The position numbers and the translations under genes were made by a program. Below the pieces are notes generated by a model. It was not told the origin of the DNA and ran no database searches. It saw only the letters and a program-made list of their open reading frames with translations. From Zygnema circumcarinatum SAG 698-1b (taxonomy: Eukaryota; Plantae; Zygnematophyceae): 64,000 nt of DNA. Shown here piece after piece: positions 23,404 to 39,372 of the stretch (its first letter is position 1; every line of letters begins with the position of its first letter). The stretch spans positions 2,418,001-2,482,000 of the forward strand of contig CM074814.1 of NCBI GenBank assembly GCA_037447605.1, in the 5' to 3' direction.

Positions 23404-23714
23404 GGAAACAGAACGCACGTGCGAAGGCTCCCCGGGAGGCGGCAGCCATGGCGGCGAGAGGCGGGCGGAGCAGCCGCAGAGGGAGGGCGCCCCCATGGCG
23501 TCACACCTGGCAACTGCTTCAAGGAGAGGGTGCCTCCTGCTCCAAAATTAGGGTTAGGGTTGGACTTCACTGTGCGTTGGTCTTTTAGCTCCAATCAGGG
23601 CATGCCATGTCAGCAAAAATGGCACGTGGCAGATCTCCATTGGTTTTTGTACGGCAGGGGTATTCCAAAGGAGGCACTACCCTCAAAGGTTTGGAGTGTG
23701 CGCAAAAGTGGGAG

Positions 23715-23830
23715 AAAGGGTCTACCGATATGTCGGTATATTCCGATAGGAAGATATATACGATATTGCGATATCACGATATGAAGATAAAACGAATATC
23801 CGATCGTACGTTTCTCATATTCGATACAGT
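23715..23830. mobile_element. CGATA-rich degenerate MITE-like tract (related to 36270-36530 and 54515-54715)
   Basis: ccgatatgtcggtatattccgatagg...tacgatattgcgatatcacgatatg; the motif acgatattgcgatat is shared with ~54668. No TIR or TSD confirmed. Confidence 0.45.
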
Positions 23831-24298
23831 GAAGGGACGGTATTGGAAGGCAGGTTGTTATTTTGTTTTTTATTTTTATTTTTTTTTCAAAATTAACGCT
23901 TGAATTCAAAGGTTGGAAAGGATGGCTGATGAGAGTAGGTCCCACTTTCTAAATAGTTTAAAACATTATTATCGTGTCATTGGAATGACTCACTCCTGTG
24001 ATGCCTTTAGAGTCAGCAGAACCCTATATTCCCTACTGGCCCCACCTGTAAGGCCGAGACTTTATCCCAAAAAACCTCCCCAAGTTTGCTGCGTGTAACA
24101 TACAATTTCTCCTGTCCAGTCTCAACACATAGAACCGCTATACACACAGGAGGAGATCAGACCTACCCACCCCCAATTGGTGGCTTCTAACAGGAAACCC
24201 AAAAAAAGGGGTCTCTAAAAATGGGTGAACTGTCTATATCTATCCTTGGAGAATAAGGCAGAAGTGTCAGTAAGTTGTGGCGGTAGCCTGAGGGCGAG

Positions 24299-25158
24299 CT
24301 AAACTGCCGACTGCTTATACATCGATGTGTCCAGAACTTGCTTCCCGCACATCGCACAGACCCCTGCCAATGTAGAAGAGGGAGAGTTAGACGCAATACA
24401 TCATCCGATAGAGGTGAAAGGGGAAAGGGAGAGAGGGGAAGGGAAAGGGGGCAGAGAGAGGGGGAATTCGAGAGTGAGAGGGAGCGGGAGGGGGAAGCGG
24501 GGAGGGGAGCAGTGAAGGGGATTGGAGAGGAGTGAGGAGATGAGGCAGACTGATGAGAGATGGAGAGGGAAAAGGGGAGGAGGAGGGTAGGAGGAAGGGA
24601 GGGAGCGAGAGGAGACACAACGAGGAAATGAAGGGAGGTGAAGAAGAGAGAAGAGGAGGAAACATGAATGAAGATGGAGAAGAAGGAGAGAGCCGAAGGA
24701 GGAGGAGAGGGAGAGAGGAACGGGTCCAAAGCAATACCTTTCTTATAGGCACATGACTGGCAGTATTTGGCCTCCTGATGCAGCTGCTGCTTACATATCA
24801 TACATTTGCAAATGGAGCCTCCTCCATATGGTGACCACCTGGCCCAACGAAACGCTGCCACGTGTCAGCAAAACCTGCGTTCCAAACTCGCTTCCCTTTC
24901 TCAAAAACTGATTTTCTGACCTGTCGACAAAAACACTACAACCCTAAAGATCTTAAATTTCCAATGAAAGACCTCCTCACTCGGACGCTGCATATCACCC
25001 GAAAGAAATTCCAGAGTTTTTCCCACAGTTCTGAAGGTAACTCTGAACTTGGACGATTTTGAGTGATCCCTTTTTATCACGCTTAAGTACTTTTCGAGAT
25101 GTTTATCCCATCTTGTGTCCATTTAAGACTCACTCCTTTACTCTCTCCCTCCCTCCTT

Positions 25159-25241
<83 letters not shown>

Positions 25242-25950
25242 CTCCCTTCAAGGCTGCAGCCTTTACTTGGCGAATTCTCCGACTGAGAGGAGGGAGACAA
25301 CGCACACACCTTTTCTTGCTCGATAGAAGTTTATTTTCGTTGAGCTTTCGCCCTCCTCCCTCAGTTGTGTTGCTCGCCCCGTCCTTCCATTTATCTGGCA
25401 CGATTACTTTGCTCAACTTCTTTTCACCTGTTGCGTACCAAGACAGACGATTTTTTTGGTTTGTTCTTTGAACTTATGTCACAGATTTCGTGATCAGATC
25501 ATACGCGCCTGCATGCGTGCGTGCAAACTGCAAACCCTAAATATCCTTCTCGTCAACTTCTGCTGCTCCAGAATTACAAAATTTGTGAACGCAAGCAAGC
25601 AAGAGGATAGGGCAAGGACGGCAAGCGGGGGGAGGGGGGGGGGGAGGGAAAGGCGAAAAGGAAAAAGGGGGGTGAGGGGGAGAGAGAAAGAGAGAGAGAG
25701 GGAGAAGAGACGAGAGAGTGCAAGAGGAATGTTTCACCGTGACCGAAGAGAACAAGAAACGTCCTGAATGACTTTGTTTAGAAGTGCGAGGGAGAGGCAG
25801 AGAGAGAGGGTGAAAGAGAGAGAGAAGACGAGAGTGGGAGAGGAAGTGAGAGGGAGAGGCAGGAGATACGGAGAGAGCGAGAGGGAGGGAGAAAGAGAGG
25901 GAGAGAGAGAGAGGGCGAGGGCGAGAGATTTTACATTTCTGGCACACCAT
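24299..25950 (-). CDS. CRIPT: Cysteine-rich PDZ-binding protein (CRIPT)
   Basis: Exons 25950-25935 (MVCQKC), ~25427-25311 (EKKLSKVIVPDKWKDGASNTTEGGGRKLNENKLLSSKKR), ~24838-24738 (WSPYG...CMICKQQLHQEAKYCQSCAYKKG) and 24363-24299 (VCAMCGKQVLDTSMYKQSAV*). Confidence 0.96.
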
Positions 25951-26494
25951 GGCTTTGTGTCCTGCTGACTTGAAATAAAGTCGTCAAACTCGTCAACGAG
26001 ATTAGAGAAAGACGGAGAGCAACGAGAGCAGGAGACGGCGCGAGAGAAAAGAACGGAGAAGACCTTCCTGCACTCTAAACTCGCGAAGCATTCGTCTTCA
26101 ACGCTAAAGTCTGCACTTATCTTCAAAAGCTGTTTGAAGTTTGATAGACCATGCGTACTTTGAACTTGCTGATTACCTTGATCGTTGAAACTTATCTCTG
26201 ATAATTCTATGCAGTGTAGAGATTGATTGCCCGCGGATTAGGTTTTAGGGTTATATTTAGAATAATCACAGTCACGATCGTTCAACAAAGTGTTTTTTTT
26301 TTAGGGTCAGGGCTCCTGCACGCCTCTGTTTGCAGTTCCATGCTGGTTAGGGTTTACTTCATGTCCCATTTCACTTTATCAAGGTCTAAATTGTCACGCC
26401 CCCCGTCGTTTAGGGAGTACTTTAGGGTTCTGTTAACTTTATCAAGGGCCACGGCAACCGTAGCGCTCAAAGCTTTTAGGACATTTGTGGGCTC

Positions 26495-26764
26495 TTGGTT
26501 CCTCATGGTTCCCAATGTTGTTTTGTGGTTGTTGGCCATGCACATGCAAAGGAGGGCATGGCCATCGCGAGACCCATGCCAGATCCCAATCCCATTGTAA
26601 GCACAAGACAAACCATCTGACATCGACGACACACAACAAAGGCCATCCGAATGTAACCCAACCCCCCCTTTGTGACAAGTAGTTCCTCGTGGTTCCCCAT
26701 GCTAATTTTTTCCATGCACATTTGATGGCCTCATTGCCATCGTGAGATCAATGTCACATCCCTT
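26495..26764 (-). repeat. Dispersed hairpin repeat family, copies 3 (26495-26587, diverged) and 2 (26669-26764) in tandem
   Basis: agttcctcgtggttccccatgctaattttttccatgcacatttgatggcctcattgccatcgtgagatcaatgtcacatccct is the reverse complement of the family consensus; the second copy is ggttcctcatggttcccaatgttg...gccatcgcgagacccatgcc. Confidence 0.85.
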
Positions 26765-26784
26765 TCCCTCTTTTAACCCATCAA

Positions 26785-32030
<5,246 letters not shown>

Positions 32031-32627
32031 GGCCGCCAAAGCGGGCCGAGAAAGCGCCCTCCTTGCAGCCTCCATCGGCCTCAATGTCAACGCTAACAGT
32101 GCCAGAGCGAGCTGGGGTTCAGGGTTCAGGGCTCAGGGCGTGCGAGTTTTAGGGTTTCAGGCGTGGCTGCATGTTGCCACGGAGGTTTAGGATGTGTGCA
32201 GCTTCAGGGCTTTTTAGGGTTAGGATTTTAAGAAGATTTAGGGTTTTCATATTGTCACATTCTGAGGGTTGCAGGTATTCATAAGACTGAAATCCAGCAG
32301 CTGAGAGTTTAAGCGGTATTTATTTATTTATTCTTACACTGTAATGCAGTGAAGAGATTTCGTTTTAGGGTTCACCAATGTGCTTCAGGGAGGGCTTTCA
32401 ACAGGGGGTTCTCCATGTGGCGCACTGTTCCGTTACAGTTCTGGCTCTTGTACAAACCGTTGGCGTAGGACAGTACTGAACAGCTCGACATGGAACGGAC
32501 AAGGCTGACTATTGGATGCAGGACGACTAAAAACCGTACGGTAGTGTGTTTCGTGTGTTTTAACATGAAAACTGATGAAAACTGATGAAAACTGATAATA
32601 CTTTGAGTTATTGAGAGAAGGCAGAAG

Positions 32628-32746
32628 CGGCATTGGTCTCACGATGGGGACGATGCCATCAAATGTGCATGCACAAAATCAACATCATGGGGAACCACGA
32701 GGAACTACTCCACTGGTCGCAAAGGACTTGAGCACAACAGAAAAAG
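32628..32746 (+). repeat. Dispersed hairpin repeat family, copy 4
   Basis: cattggtctcacgatggggacgatgccatcaaatgtgcatgcacaaaatcaacatcatggggaaccacgaggaactactccactggtcgcaaaggacttgagcacaacagaaaa. Confidence 0.85.
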
Positions 32747-33481
32747 TGAGGTATTTAGTTGGTAAGGTGACACCTAAAAGCGAATGAAAGGTGACCGTTG
32801 GATGCGAACCGGCGTACTGGGACCGTCCGATACAACTGAGGAAAAAATGGCCGTCCGCACCACCCCCACCACCTTGGATATGAATGATGATTGTGGCCGT
32901 TGGATGGTGGGAAGGTGGGGGGAAGGGGGGGGAATCGTGGGGTGAAGGGGGGCAGGCGGCATATGTCAAAAGCAGTGGGGTGTTATAACTAATTTTCTAC
33001 TCTTATTTCTTTTGAAAAAAAATGTATTCAATCAGACATGCCTAAAGCATAGATTTGCAACAGCTAAGGGTGGAAAGGCGACTACGAAGGAGCATCGAGA
33101 GAGAGAGCGAGAGAGAGATAGAAAGCGAGAGGAGAGGGAGAGAGAGAGGGAAGAGAGAGCTCCTATTTTTTCACGAGCACTCCCTCCCATCTTCATCCGC
33201 TGCTTCATCCCTCTCCATCAAAAGGGTCCCCCCTTTCCAACAGAGACCGTTCCAGGGCCCAACATAGAACGGCTGATTGCTGCCACCATCACGACGGTTT
33301 CTGAACAGAGTCTCACACGGGAAATGGAACAAGAAAAAAACAAAGATACAGTCAGTTTAATGTAAAAACTACGTACCCAATTCCATAGCCCCAATGACTC
33401 CCAGCATTTCTTGAATACTTCCCCTCTTTTAAAAAAGTGAACCAATTACTAGGTCAGACCCTTGTTCGGGAAACCCTAAGG

Positions 33482-35706
33482 CTAAGGATGATGGGGTGGC
33501 TCCTCCCTCACCTTCACCTTGATGGGGACCATCAGTTTAGGGTCGAGAATTACATCGGACCCATCACATGAGAATCCGAGCTTGAGCATTAAAGCATTCA
33601 GACGGTCCATGTCTGTCAAATAGAGGTATGCAATCTGCATGGCAGCCCCGTGAATTACGTCAAATTCTGAATTAAACAAAAGGGGAGGAAAAGAAGTTCT
33701 CAAGAAGACTAATTCAAATTTAGGGGTTAGGTTCTATTGGGTGTTGATGATATACCAATGTTTCGAGGGAAGTTGCGCCGCTGTAGACCTTAGATCCTGC
33801 TCTGCTCTTCGCTTTCCGAGCACCTGAAGTGGCATTACGACCCCACTTAATAATCTCCCTGCAACATTAAAAAAAAAAAAAAAAAACATAAAGGAACAAA
33901 AGGTTGGGGGAAAGGGAGAGAGAGAGAGTTGGTGGGGAGAGGGGGTGGGGTGGGGAATGGTTGATCGGGGGTTGATGGGGAGACACAAAAAAGTTCAAAA
34001 ATCATCAAATCATTTGCTACAGTTTCTGAGAATGGAAGAGCCGCTTGAAGAAGGAGATTTGCCCTTCAAGGTTCAAGATTTGTACCTTTCTGTCGCAGTA
34101 AGAAAGTCAGATTCCAGAAGTCGTTTAAGCAGCCAGTCCTGCAGGCCACGTTGGATCGGAAAGAAGAAAAGATTAGCCTTTAGGAGGAGGACAGAAAAAA
34201 GGTAAACCCTAATTTTCGATACTGAAGCTGGCGACGAGTACGTGCGGAGAAAGTTTATGTCATCGATCCCTTGAATACAAAACTGCTGATAGAACTCCAC
34301 TTTTTTATATGAAGCTTTTGACTACCGTCTTCAAGTGTACGCTACCTCCTAAACCTAACTAAAAGCCCTGACCCTATTTCTATCCGTAACCCTTATCCCA
34401 ACTCTAAGCTTACTTTCCAAATACTATCTTGAAACCCTAAACTGCATACCTGCGCTTCACAGCAGACAACTGCAGTGACTTTGGAGCAGTAGTTGGCCAA
34501 GTTCTGAGGGGGAGAGAGGAAGTGCCGCCGGGCGTACAACTGACAGTAAAACAGCAATACCTCCCCCAATGAGGAAAATCTGCCAGAAAATAAAACTTTG
34601 GAGTTTTTAGGGCTATAAGGGGGTTAAAAAGGCAGAGAACCTGGATGTCTGTGGATCATGCAAACATCTCCGGAATGGCACTGCATGTTCCTCGGAGCAA
34701 TAAGCATCTTCCTCTCCTTTTCACACTCCCTCTTCCGCTCTCTCTCTCTCGCTCCCACTCCCTCTCCCTACCCGTATCCTGTGGAGAGTCCAATGGCCTC
34801 CTATCGAGACCCATGAAGCATATAGAAACCCAAGCGTCTAAGCCCTTCAAAAACCTCTGTTCAATTCCACAGAATTTCGCAGAGACAGCCTTGCAGCATT
34901 GAGAGAGACGCACTTCATAGATGGCGTCTCCTAAATAAGCGAGAGTAGCTGCATTGTGCGTAGCTCTCGGCCGGGATAAAGGGAGAGTGAAGGGGAGGGC
35001 ATCTAATGGACCAAGGAAAGCTTCTCCACCACCTGCACCCTGCAAACCTTCCACATGAACTCTGGAGGCTGTGCAAGAATATGAATCTAAGGACCTAAAC
35101 TTTAGAAAACAAACGTTCTCAAGTGAGCGTACTTTCATTCGACAGTCTAGTTGTCCTGAAAACCAGTCATTTAGACTTAGGCAAAAGGTTCTTAGAAATG
35201 GAGATAAAGAGAGGTTGCCTCTCACCTGCACTCATTCCCACCGTTTCCAGCTCCACCTCCTCCTCTCCACCGCCTTCATTCACCTCCATCCTCAATAAAC
35301 TATCTACGGCCTGCTCACGACTTCCTTCCTCGTCTCCTCTCTCCTCTTCTCCTCTCCCACTCTCCACTCCTCGCTCTCCTCTCCCTCCTTCCTCCTCTCT
35401 CGCACTTTCTGCTTCATCCGCACATCCCGCTCGCCTCTCCCACATCCCAACAAGCCGCCTCTCTCTCCTCTCCCTTTCCAATACCTTCGTCTCCCTCCCC
35501 AACGTCCGCCATGACAGCACAGCAGCTCCCATAGCAGCGAAAACCCTCTCTCCCCCTCCTCGTCCTCCTCTTCTTCCTCCCCCCCAAACAGCCTCCCTCC
35601 CCTTCACATTCTCAGACAAAAGGCTCCCAGAAAAGGGAGTGGCTCCAGAGCAGCAGCTCAGACTCTCAGAGGACGAGCAAAGCGATCGCGCAGCCATGGC
35701 TTCCAT
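33482..35706 (-). CDS. Mini-ribonuclease III (RNC3/RNC4-like), organelle-targeted
   Basis: Exons 35706-~35225 (transit-like), ~35070-34916 (HNAATLAYLGDAIYE, Mini-III signature), ~34539-34450 (LYARRHFLSPPQ...VVCCEAQ), ~34139-34086, ~33858-33757 (IIKWGRNA...VYSGATSLETL) and ~33634-33482 (IAYLYLTDMDRL). Confidence 0.93.
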
Positions 35707-36020
35707 GCGTGTGCATTTCCCTCTCCCCCTCCTTCTCCCTCTCCCTCTCCCTCTGCCTCTCCCTCTCCCTCTCTCGTCGCTTCTTTCACAGAACAGGAGA
35801 GGCTGAATTATGAATCTGAGGATAGGCAAACGAATGGGAGTCCAAACAGGCAAATGTTTGCGCTTTTTGGCTTCGTTCCCTGCTCATTACTTCATGAGCA
35901 ATTCACTTAAAAGGTAGAAAAAGTAAACACGAAAGAAGCTCCTCGTTTCGATCTTTCTTTTGTTTTTCCTGTCGTTGCTAATCTGCTCGAGCTTGTAAAG
36001 AATTACAGAGCCTCCTACAG

Positions 36021-36673
36021 CTTGTTCCTTCTTGACCTAAAAAGCTACTCTCTGACCAGCTCCTCGTGGTTCCTCATGTTGAGTTTGTCCGTGTACATTT
36101 ACGTCAGCCCTAGATCTAGTGATTAGTCACCCCCGAATGGCTACGCTTGCGCGAGCATGAACGGATCATGAATGGCACGCCTTGTGTTGTTCAACAAATC
36201 GCGAGGTCAAGTTCGCGTCACGCACTCTCCCCAGCAATTGCTTCGAATTCGGAAGATGTCGGCCAGCGCCTAACACAACGATACGATACGATACGATATT
36301 ACGATATGCATGTATTGTACGGTACGACAATATGAACATTCGATACGGTATGGCGACATGGAAATACCGTACAGTATGCGGACCATTGATATTCCAATAC
36401 GATACATATAAGCAGTATGATACAATATGACAATATGGACATACGATACGATTTGGCGATATGAGAAGTACATACTAAGTAGATATCTCGATATGAATAT
36501 ACGATACGATATAAATATACGCCGCATGCAGAGGCGCCTCGAAAGGGGAAGGGATGGTATACAGTATTGAACTCACGATGGCAAAGCCATCAAACGTACA
36601 TGAAGAAAATCAACATCGGGAACCAAAAGGAGCGGTCACAATGGACGAAAGGACAATTCCACAAGAGGACAAG
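36021..36673. mobile_element. Composite candidate non-autonomous element: inverted hairpin-repeat copies 9 (36058-36101, -) and 5 (36549-36655, +) flanking a CGATAC-rich tract (36270-36530)
   Basis: agctcctcgtggttcctcatgttgagtttgtccgtgtacattt; acgatacgatacgatacgatattacgatatg...; aagggatgg...attgaactcacgatggcaaagccatcaaacgtacatgaagaaaatcaacatcgggaacc. No clean TSD found. Confidence 0.5.
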
Positions 36674-38060
36674 AGGATATCTCCTCTTCTAACGTGCAGA
36701 GCAACAAAGTAATTTGGCATGCTGTTCAGAATTCTTGCTGTTAACCTCAAAAGGGATGATGCAGAGTCGAATTCTTCAATAGCCCAGCTTATTTCCTGCA
36801 CGAAATTATCAACCTGTTAATTAAATTCAATTGGGCGCCTGTCCTCTCTCGCCTCCCTCGCCTCGTCTGCCCCTTCTCCTCCTCTCCTCCTCCCTCTCCC
36901 GCTCCCACTCCTCACCTCTCCTTCCATAACGCGTTCCCTCTCCCCCCCCCCGTCACCACTATGACTCTCTTGTCACTCAAAACTGCAAAATACTTCCAAA
37001 AATAAGAAAGGGCTTTCACCTGTACTCAGTAAAACTGTATCCAAACGGATGTCTCATGCAGACGCTCTTTGCGTAGTCGCGAAGTTCATTTGAGTAGTGG
37101 CGGTACACGATCGCGGCATTCGATTGGCGCACTTCTTCCAGAGGAGGGCCGCCCGTAATGTATGCATCGAATTGGGAGACGGGACCGTCAGGATGGGCAG
37201 ATTTCCACTATGTCCAGCTTTTCAGGAAGATGGGCATCGCGATGTACGGTGTGATCCTGTGAACCGGAGAAATCTCAGTCTGCATTGGCGTTGGATAACC
37301 GGCGGGGAAAACAGTCACTTCTATCTGCTATATACTCGCCTGTATATCGAAGTCGCCTGTACCTGTACTAGTCACCTGTACTATCCACTTGCGCGGATAG
37401 TACAGGTACCGCTTCCGTATGTCGAACTACTTCACGTGCTTGCCGGCAGAGACGATAACGGGAGGTGGAGAGGGAGGAGGGGGGGAGGGAGGGGGAGAGG
37501 GAGAAGGGAAGGGAGGAGGAGGGGAGGGAGGGCGAGGAGGAGGGGAGGGAGGGGGAAGGGGAGAGGGGAAGGGTGGAGGAGGGGAGGAAGGGGGAGGGGG
37601 AGAAGGGCAGGGAGGAGGAGGGGAGGGAGGAGGAGGGGAGGGAGGGGGGGGGGGGAGAATGGAAGGGAGGAGGAGGGGAGGGAGGGCGAGGAGGAGGGGA
37701 GGGAGGGGGAGGGGAGAATGGAAGGGAGGAGGAGGGGAGGGAGGGAGGGCGAGGAGGAGGGGAGGGAGGGGGAGGGGGAGAATGGAAGGGAGGAGGAGGG
37801 GAGGGAGGGCGAGGAGGAGGGGAGGGAGGGGGGAGGGGAGAGGGGAAGGGTGGAGTAGTGGAGGAAGGGGGAGGGGGAGAAGGGCAGGGCAGAGGAGGAG
37901 AGGGAGGAGGAGGAGAGGGAGGGGGGGAGGGAGGAGGAGGAGGAGAAGGAGGAGGTAAAGGAGGAGGAGAAGGAGCAGGAGGAAAATGTACCAAGGATTG
38001 TACATCATTGGATACAAGCGAATGTGCGAAATAAATGACAATAAATAAGAAGGCAGACAT
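36670..38060 (-). pseudogene. SUB1-like paralog C, pseudogene
   Basis: MSAFLFIVIYFAHSL signal anchor, Pro-rich tract, then one frame VK*FDIRKRYLYYPR...ASI*...MPIFLKSWT*WKSAHPDGP...LEEVRQSNAAIVYRHYS (TAG at 37427, 37328, 37208), homologous to exons 1-2 of A and B. The next exon EISWAIEEF...NYFVALHVRRGD is out of phase with the upstream donor and is truncated by repeat sequence; the last two exons are absent. Confidence 0.8.
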
Positions 38061-39164
38061 GGTTCCCGTGACTGCGCAGGGCGTGAGGACGCTCGGCCCA
38101 TTGCCTCTCGCCACAGCTTAAGCTTCAGCTCGCCTCCCACTTCTTGAGTGAGGAAGAGCGAAGGTAAAGGCAAGGGAAGGGAAGGGGAGAGGGTCTGTGA
38201 GAGGAGAAAAGGGATGATGGGACGGCAAACTTCAAACGGCGCTACGGGCACTACTCACGGGCGCTATGAGCACACAAGTAGCGCTATGAACATCTTGACG
38301 GGCGCAACGGGCACCCCCCTGGGCGGCTCTATGTCACGTCACGTGACTCACACGTCGCGATCGACGCGCAAAATCTGCAGTTTGACTTTATCGCCGCTGA
38401 CTTTAAGCAAAAGTTCCCAATGAGAACTCGCCATGATGGAACGTTGCCAAGTGGCATATTTGCATTGGGTAAACGATTGAGATTTATGACACGTGGTGTT
38501 CACGTGGTCCTGACACGAAAGCAAGTCAACGGTTTCGTTCGAGCAGAGCGTGTAAAACGACAAAAGTGTCATTTTGGCCATTCAGGGTGTGCCGCGTCGC
38601 CCTGTCCTTTGCGCTCACCAATAAGTGGCATAAAATGAACCAATAGCTAGTTGTCACGTGTCAAGGGACAAGTTCTCTAGTCCCGGCCAACCTTGAAAAT
38701 GACGCAGGAATGTCAGCAGATCTACCTCCACCGGAAACGGACGGAGCGAGGAGGTCAGAACTGATTCCAGTCAGTTTTGGCGTGTAGACGTTCAGCCAAT
38801 CATGATTGAACGTCCGCAGATTGGATACATGGCGCCGTGGGTCAAGCCGGGGCCGTTTCCTTCCCAGACTATGGGCGGGCTTGTCCGTACAGATGTGTTA
38901 TTAACACCGATGTCGGTGGCTCCTGATTGGTTAGAATAAAATCTCATATTACAACATAAAAATTGGAAGTGAAAGGTGAAAATGTGTATGTTACAAAACA
39001 GGTGTGAATATAGCTGTTTCCTTAGTTTAACTTGCGAGAAAAGGTGTGTATATATCTAAAAGGTGTGTAATTTTACACTGATTTTTTTTTTAATTTTCAA
39101 TATGCGACACGCCAAGATGCAGCCACGTTGTATCTGTCCGTACGCCTCCGACCTCAGCCCTTGC

Positions 39165-39227
39165 ACTGGTCCAGTTTCCAGTTCCCAGTTTCCAGTTCCC
39201 AGTTTCCAGTTTCTAGTTTCCAGTTCC

Positions 39228-39259
<32 letters not shown>

Positions 39260-39262
39260 TCG
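39165..39262. repeat. CCAGTT(T/C) heptamer tandem array (about 12 units) upstream of paralog B
   Basis: ccagtttccagttcccagtttccagttcccagtttccagtttctagtttccagttcccagtttccagttgccagtttccagtttccagttcg. Confidence 0.85.
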
Positions 39263-39372
39263 TAGTTTATAATTAGATTCCAGTTTCGCAAAGAAAACCA
39301 GAAACCGAGTTTACAGGCGAAAACTAGCCCTAGGTTTACCGTCTCCCATTGTCCTGCCCGGGTCGCCCGCGC

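Noticed and set aside
37208-37429. TAG reassignment or readthrough rescuing paralog C
   Set aside because: CRIPT, Mini-III and gene A end with TAG at their expected C-termini, and C also has a phase mismatch and a 3' truncation.
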